Positions 1 to 11,260 of a stretch of DNA of 54,911 bases are shown one piece after another. Under the pieces are notes generated by a model. The model made no database searches and was not told the DNA's origin. It worked only from the letters and a program-made list of their open reading frames with translations. The first letter of the stretch is position 1; the number at the start of each line of letters is the position of its first letter. A program made the translations under genes and the position numbers. Location: positions 1 to 54,911 of the forward strand of contig JASJQH010000012.1 of the NCBI GenBank assembly GCA_040143965.1, in the 5' to 3' direction. Origin of the DNA: Basidiobolus ranarum (lineage: Eukaryota).

Positions 1-462
1 AAAATTTGATTCTTACATTATCCCAGTTAGCGACAGAGCCTACCCATTCCATCAAAGCAGGGCTATCTTCGGGTTTCATTTTGTTGTGATCCCATGGTTT
101 ACCACGGAAGAAATCAGGCATGGCAACACGGAAGTTGAATATCTCTCCAAGAATATCGCAAAACTGATGGGTATTGGGGCTTTTGAAGTTCAAAGTTAGT
201 TATTATATTAATCCATGGTATTAGTCAAGGGCAAACTTACTGGAGACCGAAGATGTCATAAATCACAACAACCGATTTCTTGGCATCCTAGGTAAAAATA
301 GCTAACATGTCAGACAGAATATGGCTCACGGTAAATTGGAGAAAAATATACCTTGGGGCCGACAAAGTAAACAGCTAAATCATCAATCTGCTCAAAAGTT
401 CCCTTTGGAGCGTAATTGGAGACAACAGGGGGAAGAGAGCAACAGGCTTTGTTGATAGACAT
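1..462 (-). CDS. Dienelactone hydrolase family protein (5' part; runs off the window)
   Basis: Spliced translation MSINKACCSLPPVVSNYAPKG...VVVIYDIFGLHPNTHQFCDIL...VAMPDFFRGKPW. The N-terminal CC, DIFG and PDFF motifs are typical of fungal DLH/AIM2-like enzymes. GT-AG introns. Confidence 0.85.
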
Positions 463-792
463 GATAATTAAAATGCGGTGCTTGATAATATGACCTCACT
501 CAGCTTTATAAGTTGACACCTTTCGATGGTATTATGGCTGACTAAACTATGACCCATTTTCCCAACCCCAATTATGGACTCAAGTAAAAAATTGGTACAA
601 AATTGGTAATGGCTTGCGCTATTAAATTAATCATAAAATATTCAACTCTAGCTAAGAAAAAACACATTGGATTTAATATATATATTTACTTCAATTTTAT
701 ATTGAACATCTAATTATTCTTGTAGATTTTAAATCCCATGATGGTTTTATATCATGTATCAACAGCCTTAAGGGCCTGTCTCCATGCGCGAA

Positions 793-1326
793 TTAGTTGC
801 TAGCAGCTTGGATTAAAGTGATATTGTCTCCTTTAAGTAGAATGCGGCCTACACAAATAAACGGTAAGTAAAGTTCTTAGAATAAAAATATATATCAACA
901 TACCTAGAGCTCTACGAGTTTTCTTTTTACTATTAACTTCTTCGGCTTCATCCAAAACAAGGTTCATGAATTCATCAAAACCCTTTACAAATTCAAGTTA
1001 GATAACTTTTATCTCGCGCAATTGTGAAGTGAGAATACTTACGACAATTCTTCCCTCAATGCGCATGTCCAATTGTTCATATAGCCAGATTTGAACCTTC
1101 GATCTCTATTTAGTGGAATAGTTGCTTTAATTCGAGGAATATTCTATAGATAGATGTGTCGAATGCAAGTTATAGTAAAATGAAGCTTACATTTTGGAGA
1201 TACCGAAAGATCAAATTCTAAGCAATCGAAGTCGTAAAAAGTTAGTAAATAAGCGCATGGGAAAGTGAAACCGGTTGAAAAACGTACGATCGGCTGAACC
1301 ATAATCTTTTGAACTTTGTTGTACAT
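793..1326 (-). CDS. SME1: Small nuclear ribonucleoprotein Sm E (5 exons)
   Basis: Spliced: [59 protein letters not shown]...|[18 protein letters not shown]. Sm1 and Sm2 motifs present. Confidence 0.96.
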
Positions 1327-1812
1327 GTTTGTATGATGTGAGAGTAGTGAAGATAGTTTAAATTTGGTTCTAAAACAAGTAGCGAAGCGTATGAGAAATG
1401 CGCGTCTTCAGGTATTAATGAATATATAAAATCACTTCAGTTTGCTGATTCAAATGATGCTTGCTTGTGATATACTTCCTAATTCATTTTTTTTTAGTGA
1501 TTACGCTTTTTTTCGAACTTGAGGTTTTTCAGACTAAATGCTAGAGGTCAATCATAAATTTCGAGATTAGGATATTAGTTTAGTTATGTAACATTCCCTA
1601 GAAGATTTGTTGACAAGGAATTTTAATCAGGTGACATGGCAAAAATACAGTAATGAATTATGAACTATGTGACAAATATTTAGTGTAGATATCTTTTCTT
1701 CTATTTGATAACTGTTCTCAGCCCAGTATTTCTAAACAAACAGTCTTGTAACTCATAACTTGAACTACGTGGATCACTCATATATTAAATACTACCGACA
1801 AAATAAATCCAA

Positions 1813-2627
1813 ATGTCCGGAATTTGCAGAGCTCGTTTAGCTGAGGAGCGTAAACAGTGGCGTAAAGATCATCCTTACGTATGTCATTTTGCTTACTTTC
1901 TAACAAACCAGAGACAAATAGTTTGTACTAAACCTCGTTTGTAAATCAGGGTTTCTACGCCCGCCCTGCTCGTAATCCTGACAACAGCTTAGACCTGATG
2001 ACCTGGCATGTTGGAATTCCTGGAAAACCTGACGTTAGTCGCGCTAATTATCTAGTTTTTTATTGTTTTACCTGAGTCTACCTTTTACTAACCTGTTAAT
2101 TTCATTAGACTCCTTGGGAAAATGGTGTTTACAAACTTGTAGTTACTTTCACTGAAGGTAACATTTACAATCTTATTGGTCTGCTCTGTAAAATCTTTAA
2201 CCATATTTTACCAAATTATTTAGATTATCCCAGCAAGCCTCCTAAGTGTACTTGTGCAATTTTTCAGTTATCATTTTAAAGAATCCACTTTTGACAATTG
2301 TTCAATAGGCAAATTCACACCTCCTCTCTTTCATCCTAACGTATATCCCTCTGGAACTGTATGTCTTTCTATTTTGAACGAAGACGAAGGTTGGAAGCCC
2401 GCAATTACTATCAAGCAGGTAACAACGCATGTCACAAATATTGTATTTATCATCGAGTCTTATACCAACACTCCAAATCATAGATTCTTCTTGGAATCCA
2501 AGATCTTTTGAACGATCCTAATCCTAATAGTCCTGCGCAATCTGAAGCTTATATGCTATTCAAGAAGGACCGAGTTACTTATGAGAAACGAGTACGTCAG
2601 CAAGCCAAAGAAAATATTCCTCAGTAA
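1813..2627 (+). CDS. UBC9: SUMO-conjugating enzyme E2 (6 exons)
   Basis: [28 protein letters not shown]...[48 protein letters not shown]. Canonical Ubc9 signature with the catalytic Cys. Confidence 0.97.
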
Positions 2628-3112
2628 ATGTCTATTGAGATAGCTCCGCTGTATAGTCAAATATGTTTATCATTTTTCAATTCGTGAGGTTTTTTGGTGT
2701 TTAAAAGAGATGTTTATTCCATAATATTGATGGCAAAATGCGGATTTTATTATTCGGGCCACTAGTCCATAGACAATTTTAATAAATTCGTTTGCAAAAC
2801 ATCAGTCAGATAATGAACAGGATTTCTAGTGAGATCGGCAATCAGCATGTAATAAGTTTAACATGTAGAGCTGTCAATCGTGATGGGTAATCTAACGGAT
2901 ATTCTGGGCAACATATTAGCAAGATGCTCGGCTCATATGGAAATCTCTTGAGTTATTTGCTTGGTCGGTCCGGGGTAAAGGTTCTGAAAATCACGTGAAA
3001 TATTCATGAATTGATCCAATGTTTGGCTAATACGTATGGCATAAAGAAGCTTTGAACCTCAGTTTTCCAACTTCCCAACGTCAGTAGTTTTCAAACTTCA
3101 CTTTCTTGCACA

Positions 3113-3956
3113 ATGTTCATCGTCAATTGGTTCTGGGATGTTCTTTCCAGCTTAGGTAGGAAAATAGTTCAGATTTGTGTAGTATACTTACACTCTGATT
3201 AACTTTATATATTTATAGGTTTGGTAAATAAGAATGCCAAAATTCTTTTCCTTGGTCTTGACAATGCTGGCAAAACCACTTTGCTTCATATGCTTAAGAA
3301 TGATCGTCTTGCCACTCTGCAACCTACTTTACATCCTAGTAATTATTGACTCCTTATACATCTCATCAACATATTCCGCATCATACTTATATATTGCTCT
3401 GTAGCCTCTGAGGAACTCGCCATTGGTAATGTTAAGTTCACCACCTATGATCTTGGAGGACATCAACAAGGTATGTTTATCATTTTACGTACAGTATTTC
3501 TTCAATCTGTAGAGATTTATATTCTTTTGTGTATACAGCTCGTCGTCTTTGGAAAGATTACTTCCCTGAAGTAGATGGTATCGTCTATCTAGTTGATGCT
3601 CAAGATACTGAGCGTTTCTCTGAAAGCAAAGCTGAACTTGACGTAAATAAGCTTACTATTTTAATACTTTTCGGAGAATATACACTAATAAGTTTGGGGA
3701 TGAAATTATTTCTTTTTAGGCACTTCTTTCTATCGAAGAACTCTCCAAGGTTCCTTTCCTTATTTTAGGTAACAAGATTGATGCCCCTGGAGCTGTTTCC
3801 GAAGAAGAATTAAGAGCTCATCTTGGTCTTTACCAGACTACTGGCAAGGGTAAGATCCCTCTTAAGGACATTCGTCCCATTGAGGTATTCATGTGCTCTG
3901 TCGTCATGAGACATGGTTATGGTGACGGTTTCCGTTGGTTATCTCAATATATTTAA
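3113..3956 (+). CDS. SAR1: COPII small GTPase Sar1 (5 exons)
   Basis: [45 protein letters not shown]...[15 protein letters not shown]...GNKID...[24 protein letters not shown]. Confidence 0.97.
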
Positions 3957-4609
3957 GTAACTAAAATTCCCCAACTTTTAACGATGTGATATCACTCTTC
4001 ATTTATTGTACCTTCCCCATCCAAAATTTCCACTACTTACTCCATTAGAGCTTGTTGATTGCTTCTTTGGATAAGATGAGCTCGTAATTTACTTGTTAAT
4101 TATACATCATGTATTTCACAAGTTACTTTGTTGAAAATGTAGATGAAAATTGTTTGTTTCTAATCCCAATTAAAACGGTATCATCATAGGCAATATTCTC
4201 TCTCTACTGCATGATTTGTGTATCTTTGAATGGATTAAAGTTCCAAGCATATATTTAGCTAGAAAATACTTCTCATTGAGCCATAGCTTATGAAAACCAT
4301 ATGATATCTGCTCTTGAAGCTAAACCCCTTTCGTGTGTAAGGCTACCAGGCATTCTATTGATAATCACATCTAATATATATTACTACTGATCCACCAATA
4401 AATATATCTGCTTAGGTGATAATCAAATGTATCGGATATCATGTGAGATTCTTACGATCTATTTACCCACCAACTGTACAAGTTTCAACTATAATCAGAT
4501 ATCTAGGATTGAACCCTTCTTCAGTTTATTCTTTGCATTTTCTCTACCGTTTTGTCAACTCTTACTCAAGGATTTCTTGAAAAGATTTTCTACCTGAATA
4601 TTTCATATT

Positions 4610-5590
4610 ATGGCCAATAGAGAGGATGTTATATTAAGTGCCGTCAAGTTCCTGAAAGATCCTAAAGTGCAGTCAAGTGCTCTGGCGAAGAAAGTGGCTT
4701 TTCTTGAGTCCAAGGGACTTACCTCTGCTGAAATAGAGGAGGCTCTTTCTCGAGTAAGTGGAGCTGGTCCTGCCGTGCCTGGTGCACCTCCGGTGCCTGC
4801 TGGAGCTGTTCCAGCAGGTTCATACGCCGGCCCCGCCGTTCAGTATACTATCGCTCCACCACCTGTTAAATCATTAGATTGGAAAGATTACTTTATTGCT
4901 GCTGTGGTTACTGGAGGTGTAGGATATGGAGTTTATTCTTTAGCCAGAAAGTACATTAATTCCACCTTCTCTGGACCCTCTCAAGCTGAACTTGAAGCTG
5001 AAAAAAAGAAGATCGATCAACAATTCCAAGAAGCCAGTGAGACCCTAAATATCGTGAAAAAGGATACTGAAGACGTACTAAAACATGTCGAAGCTCAAAC
5101 AACTGAGGTTAAGACTTCTTTGGAGAGTATGGCTGAGATCTTGAACCAATTGAAAGGACAAGATACTGACAGAGATGTGGAGCTGAAGACTCTTCGCGAG
5201 GAGTTGGAAAAAGTCAAGAACACTATCCCTGAAGTAAGTAAGCTTTATTTTAGCCCATGAAGATATCTAAACTAACTCAAGTATGCTGCTTAGATGTTGG
5301 AAAAGCAAAAGGATACTCAGAATGGAATGTTAGGTGATCTACAGAACGAACTCAAATCTCTTAAGGGATTATTGTTAAATAGAAGAACCACTGGCCCATC
5401 CACACCTCTTGCTAGCTCTTCTCCAGTTACTCCTTCTGAAGAAATACCCGATAATGTAAGCGCTCGCTCCAATTCCACCATGAATGTCCCAAGACCTTCG
5501 GTACCCGCGTGGCAGCTTGCCGCGTCAAATGGAAGCAAAAGCCCAGCCACTCCCAACGGAACTGAAGAGGCCCCATCTAGTAGCTCATAA
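4610..5590 (+). CDS. PEX14: Peroxisomal docking protein Pex14 (2 exons; intron about 5234-5293)
   Basis: Pex14_N motif REDVILSAVKFLKDPKVQSSALAKKVAFLESKGLTSAEIEEAL, WKDYFIAAVVTGG TM segment, coiled coil, and a C-terminal SVPAWQ motif. Confidence 0.95.
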
Positions 5591-5953
5591 ATATTTGAAT
5601 CCAAATCATGACAAACTAATTATTGATTTGTAAATTACCATCACTGATAAACAAGCATATATTTTAAGCATTTTTTTGTTAATATTAAGTAAGCAACATC
5701 AGTAAAAGTGATGAGATTTAAGCTCTATTTATGACAGTCTCCAACTGTCGTCACCATCCTAGTAAATAAATCACCGACTAGAGAATAACCTCCGAATAGA
5801 AATACGTTTCAAAATACTAAACTCATCATCGGACTTTTTGAGGGTCAGTTTTTACCAAAAAGTATAAACCTCTTCTGCTCAAGTAGCTTAACTTTAGAAC
5901 CCTCCTCCATTTAAGCTTTGTAACTTTATTATCTGTACACTCGACATATTATT

Positions 5954-6754
5954 ATGGAAGATTGGTCTGAATCAAGGAGTCCTTTTCTTTGCTCGCTCCC
6001 CCATCTTCCAAGTTTAGGGCCAAAGAAACGTGAGATTGGCACCTATTTTGCTGGTATATTGGTAAGCCATTATCTCTACTGCTTAATAATTCAAGAAAAT
6101 ATGCTTAATTCAAACACAGTTTTCGGTCGCATGGTGGGTTTTCATTGATGCCATTGTTTTGTCTTCGACCATGCACGATCTTCCCGTATTTATCGGTTTT
6201 GAAGATTACATCTCTGGAATCGTGTGTACTATAGGCATGATCATGTAAGAACGTCATCTGGTCCTGAAAATGCTACTTTTTCAAAGATAATTTTTCTAAC
6301 GCGATATAAATATCCAGCGTTAATTCTATCGATCTAAGCATTCTTCAAGGAGAGAACTTCTCCTACTCTGGCTCCGGTTTGGCCGGGAAGGCCAGAATGA
6401 TGCTTTTTATCGGAATGGCGGCTATGGCTGGTGGAGTAGCTGGCTCAGTGGTACGATCTATTTTCAATATCTTTGTCATTTCCTTCTTCAACATCACTTA
6501 TCTTTTGTACAAATGCTTACAATACGCAGGCCATTCTATGTATCAAGTATCTAGTTCCTGGAGTTTCAGGTTCCTACATGTATTTTGGTATTGCGCCAAT
6601 CGTCCAAAACATCACAATTTTGATCAGGTAATTCATCTCATCTCCACTCTTTCTTACTGTGATTCTCAATATTTATCCGATCGTTAGTTGTGCCGTTCTC
6701 TGGATCTCTCAGAATACTGAGTCCGAGGCTCAATACAATTTTGTTCTCAACTAG
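5954..6754 (+). CDS. VPS68: Vacuolar protein sorting 68 / TMEM50 family membrane protein (5 exons)
   Basis: Spliced: ...GTYFAGIL|FSVAWWVFIDA...FEDYISGIVCTIGMI|IVNSID...KARMMLFIGMAAMAGGVAGSV|AILCIKY...QNITILIS|CAVLWISQNTESEAQYNFVLN*. Four TM segments. Confidence 0.9.
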
Positions 6755-6782
6755 TAGTCTTGCTTGGGATAATCAGAGCCTT

Positions 6783-6872
6783 GACTTTCTTTCTTTCACT
6801 TATGCATTGGTTGTCTTTTAATCGTTAGACTTTCCTTCTTTCACTTATGCATTGGTTATTTTTTAATCGTTA
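6783..6872. repeat. 45-bp direct tandem duplication in the 3' region shared by VPS68 and the Gly-repeat gene
   Basis: gactttctttctttcacttatgcattggttgtcttttaatcgtta (6783-6827) is followed by gactttccttctttcacttatgcattggttattttttaatcgtta (6828-6872), with 3 mismatches. Confidence 0.9.
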
Positions 6873-7019
6873 GCATTTCTTTTCTGTGGATACATAAACC
6901 ATATTCCATATAAATGACTTTTAAATTGAATTGTATATTTTGAGCAATTTGATTTTATTGAGAGATGAAGATATAAGAAGCTCGATTTGAAAGTGCAATT
7001 TGAATGCGCAAACCCATTT

Positions 7020-7502
7020 CTAATATGCCTTGTATCCTTTACCAATTAAGCCGGGCTTTTTCTTTTGGATTTTGGATTGACCTTCATGATATCCACGCCA
7101 GTAACCACGATCCATACCAGTGTCGTGACCATCTTTCCAACCCGATCCTTCACCTTCCTTGAAACCTACCTGGGAGCCCTTCTGGTATCCTTTCTTGTAA
7201 CCAGCATCTTTCCCAGAATCGTACCCTTCTTCATATCCCCATTTTTGGCCCTCTTGCCATCCCTGTTCCTGCCCTTTTTCGTGACCACCCCAATATCCAT
7301 CGTCTACTCCGCTCTCTAAGCCTTCGGAATAGCCTTCCTTGGCCCCATCACGATATCCACGATCATACTCATCTGGGCCTCCGGCATTTCCATAACTATC
7401 GCCACCATAGCCTTTGTCTACATCCTTACCCCCAGGGGTAGGGTTGGCGAATATAGTTCCGACCAGGCCAAGAGAAATCAATGTCACAGCGAAGATTTTC
7501 AT
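7020..7502 (-). CDS. Putative secreted 160-aa protein with a (Gxxx)23 repeat
   Basis: Signal-peptide-like MKIFAVTLISLGLVGTIFA|NPTP, then Gly at every 4th residue for 93 aa. Intronless, with a TATA-like tatatatat about 75 bp upstream. Confidence 0.8.
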   Translation of the reverse strand: MKIFAVTLISLGLVGTIFANPTPGGKDVDKGYGGDSYGNAGGPDEYDRGYRDGAKEGYSEGLESGVDDGYWGGHEKGQEQGWQEGQKWGYEEGYDSGKDAGYKKGYQKGSQVGFKEGEGSGWKDGHDTGMDRGYWRGYHEGQSKIQKKKPGLIGKGYKAY

Positions 7503-8799
7503 TATTACGAAGGATGGAGTAGAGAAGAATGAGAATAGGCGAATGCGGCGCAAGTTAGAAAGTACAAACTATGTAGTATATATATGCCTTTGGTGATGAC
7601 TCCTCAACTAGATCATGTAACATATCATGTAACACGATCACCAACTCCCTATTGATCCTCATGCTCTCTTTCTCTTTTCATACATATTTGTTGGGTGATT
7701 GCGATCAAGAGAGCGGGATGAGATGAAACGCTATTCCCTTTCTATGCTATTTTATAGGAGATGTGCGTTGATTTCTTTGTATGATGCGTTTCAAACCATC
7801 TTTGTTTCGGACTTTCAACTCTAAAATCTACATCTCCAAATGGTGGATGTAAAACGTGTGTGAACAGTGCCTTTGTTCCTGAAACGTACCTGAAGTGCAT
7901 GGGTGATCATTTACTCAACATATGTGAATTCCGCTTTCAATGCTGCCTCTAATGAGTGGTGGATCGAAGTTAAAATAAAGAAGGTTCTATTTTCTATATA
8001 TGTAGTTCTAGCAAAGGAGAGACCAGCCCTGAAATGGCAGTTCTATGGTTGTAGGGCCTTCGCTAGAACTGAGGAACCCACATCTACGTATCATCCATTG
8101 TCGCTCATTTTGGCGATACTTGAAAATAGACTGCTATTAAAGTTCAATCAGTAGACTATAGTGGATATCGATGGCACTTACTAAACGTGGTATTTTTTGA
8201 AGAGAACTGGTTCTATCTAGATTCGAATCCATGTTCCATAGAATGTATCTGTTTATACCACCACCATTTATACTACTAGAGCTTGGCAACCCACATCAAC
8301 AATTCTATGGAAGTAAGTATTTGCTTAAAGACGGGATATTGTGTAATACAAAGCGAGCTGGTGAGGTAACAATACTCACTTGAATATCAAGGAATTTGGG
8401 TGAAGGTAGGGCTAGCTTTGTTGTGTTAGTCTATAGTTGGTATATCAGGCGAATAACAACCAATTTCTAATGTTTACTTTGTTTTCTTGGAAAGTGTGCC
8501 ATACTAGCTTATCCTAGAAAAGTTTCTTTTTTCCCGGGAGTTTGTCCTGATTTGGATTAGTCCAATTGTAGCTTCTCCATCAAGATGTAGGCGATTAAAG
8601 CTGGAGTGCGAATTGATCCCGATTATTCCATTAGGATTTGAGGCTCCTACTGCCCGGGAACTCTTGTAAGGAGAATAGAATAAATGGAACATGAGCGCTC
8701 CTGAGGTGGATTTAGTGAGCTCACTTCCTTCTCTCGCTCAAGGATCTCATATTTCAACTCTTTGATATTACCCTTGGATCCATTGTTACTTTATTTAGT

Positions 8800-9549
8800 A
8801 TGAAGTTCTCTAAGTTCTTCTCCATTTTTAAGCGGAAATTAAATACGACAGAGGAGAAGTACACGAGGAAAAGTGACCAAACAAACAAATATGTTTCTCC
8901 TCAGAGTCAGCCGATTACTGCTCCTCGTGATACTTCTACTGACCACTTTAACATTTCTTCATATCGTATGCATGTACTTGAAACTGAGAATCAATACTTA
9001 TATGAACAGAACCGGAAGCTTAATAGAGAGCTGAAGAACGCTCGAACCACTAACGAGTCTCTGAAGGATATTGTCAAAACGAAAGACCGTCAGATCGACT
9101 CCATCGTAGAAGAGCAGCGCGAGGCTCTACAAAAGGCTCAAATCATTGAAGAGAGCATGAGATTGCTCTTCTTGGATGGAGATAAACAGACTCTAGCTTC
9201 AAAGGACCGTAAAGCCTCCTTTAAGCATGAGGATCCCGAGTCACTGAAGCGTTTCGTAGCAGCCATCAAGTCCATTCCTTCATATCCTCAACAATCCAAG
9301 CGTGGTCACAACAATATCGTTATGCCTAAACATTCCACGACGCAAAAGCACAAATACACCAAACCATTGCTTCCTCCTCTCCCTACTATTACTGATAGCG
9401 AGGAGACCTTAGGACTTGCAATTGAAAAGGAGTTCAGCGTGCGACGAAGCGATCAATATTTGGATTTGTTGGCAGTTCCCAAAAACTGCAATGGATCGGA
9501 ATCTGATGACTTTGGAAGGCAACTCCGTATCATGGCATCAGGCTTCTAA
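8800..9549 (+). CDS. Hypothetical 249-aa coiled-coil protein
   Basis: Uninterrupted ATG-TAA ORF with a heptad-like segment LETENQYLYEQNRKLNRELKNARTTNESLKDIV...; no family recognised. Confidence 0.7.
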   Translation: MKFSKFFSIFKRKLNTTEEKYTRKSDQTNKYVSPQSQPITAPRDTSTDHFNISSYRMHVLETENQYLYEQNRKLNRELKNARTTNESLKDIVKTKDRQIDSIVEEQREALQKAQIIEESMRLLFLDGDKQTLASKDRKASFKHEDPESLKRFVAAIKSIPSYPQQSKRGHNNIVMPKHSTTQKHKYTKPLLPPLPTITDSEETLGLAIEKEFSVRRSDQYLDLLAVPKNCNGSESDDFGRQLRIMASGF

Positions 9550-9872
9550 AAGAGTGGCTTTTGATCAACACCCTACAAATTTCCAGTATATCGCTGAAAT
9601 CGGCAGGACCGACCTGAACCGCTAACACATTTCTTGTACATAGCGAATCTATTTTTCATCCAGAACCTACTATTGACATATGATTGTTCTTCCCCATACT
9701 TGATATGAAAATTTTCTTTATTAAACTGAGTCTGAGAGATATCTCAGATTGGTCAGGAAAAATCTTTACCATGGATGGAGATATCATTCACCCATATGGG
9801 TAGCTTCAAGTGATTGATTTATTATAATGCGAGGGGCAAATAATTCTAAATGTTCAAAGTTGGGATGTCATT

Positions 9873-10719
9873 TTAATCTTCTCCAGCTGGAACTTCTTCT
9901 TCCAAGTATCTGACCAATTTAACGCGCATTTCAGTCACTTCGTCACCACGTAGAACATCACTTACAAAGAAGCATTCCACTTGCATTTGTATCTAGAATC
10001 AATCGAGTTAGAAAGGATTGGTACGAGTCATCATGAATAAACACATATTACCATTTCCAAAGAACCACGAATCACACCACATAGAACATTAGAATACCAT
10101 AACTCTTGTATAGCATCTTCTGGAAGTTCCACAAAATCCACCAAAGGATTTTCATCCAGAATTAATGAAAATTCTTTGTTATCACTCGAGAAGTTGGTTA
10201 CTGTAGGGGTGATATTCAAGAACATTTTAAAGCCGACCTATTTAGTGAATAAGTTGGTCAAAATTCGAAGGGATTTATGGAATAGCATTTTTTTACTATT
10301 AAATTCCTCTTTTTCTTTATACTAACATACCTTGGAGACAACCTCTGCAGTTTCCCGAAAATCTACACAACGACTGATGTTGCTTCGAGCGAGAAAGTCT
10401 TCGATCAGTCGTGATCCGATATTATAACCCCTAGATATTCCAAGAGATTCCAATTAAAGGAAAGTTAAAATAAAACCAATATACGAAATATTCACATTTT
10501 TTCTAGTTGCTTATTCACTTCGCTGTAATCTTCAAAGTCCTTCACCAATTGGGCTACCACTGAGCCGTAAGTCAGTGTGAAGAGTTCCCCATTCTATAAA
10601 GGCATCTATCTTTCAGTGACAATAAAGTAAAAAGTTTACAATCTTGTATAGAAACTTACAATCTTCTCCACTCTATTCTTCCAAGCCTCTTCGCCAAGAT
10701 TTTTGTATTGTTTAGACAT
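9873..10719 (-). CDS. BET3: TRAPP complex subunit Bet3/TRAPPC3 (5 exons)
   Basis: [36 protein letters not shown]...|[16 protein letters not shown]...|[11 protein letters not shown]...[24 protein letters not shown]...EEEVPAGED*. Confidence 0.96.
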
Positions 10720-11260
10720 GGTTGTTGAACACTTGGTATCTTGAAACTTTCAAATACATACTGTTACCAATTCTTTGAACTACATTAAGACCCAAATACG
10801 TCATAAATTCACCCATTTGATTGGATGATTTGTATCCAACATTTAGGGTGATAAAACTAACCTCATTCAAATATTCTTGTTTATATGTTGAATTACACTT
10901 GCGCATTCTGATTCAAAATGAATTTTTCTATCCACTATTTATTGATTCATTTGGTGCTAATTCCACCCAGTTCTATGTATGAGGAAGGGACATAGATTGG
11001 CACCAAAAGAGTAATAACTGAAGAATAAACAAAACATGAAGAAAAGGAGGATGGTGGACAGTGGATGGGTAATGGAGGAAGTGAATTGTTGTATCAAAAG
11101 GGGTCGGAAATCATTGGAAGTTCTCCTTTGAATGAATAGATTATTTACTGCCAGGATGCATAGGTGTACCAGCACCGCTCAAATCCAAGCTTCGGAATGA
11201 ATCTCCGAACGATCCTAACATTCAACATATTACTGACACGTTCAAGCAACAAGATACATA

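Noticed and set aside
7903-8692. Small ORFs in the long intergenic region (7903-8154, 8504-8692)
   Set aside because: Short, no motifs and no convincing splice partners; no transposon ends or transposase remnants seen.
10957-11175. 72-aa hydrophobic minus-strand ORF
   Set aside because: Non-ATG start, lies in the pyrimidine-rich 3' UTR region of SIN1, and has no recognisable features.
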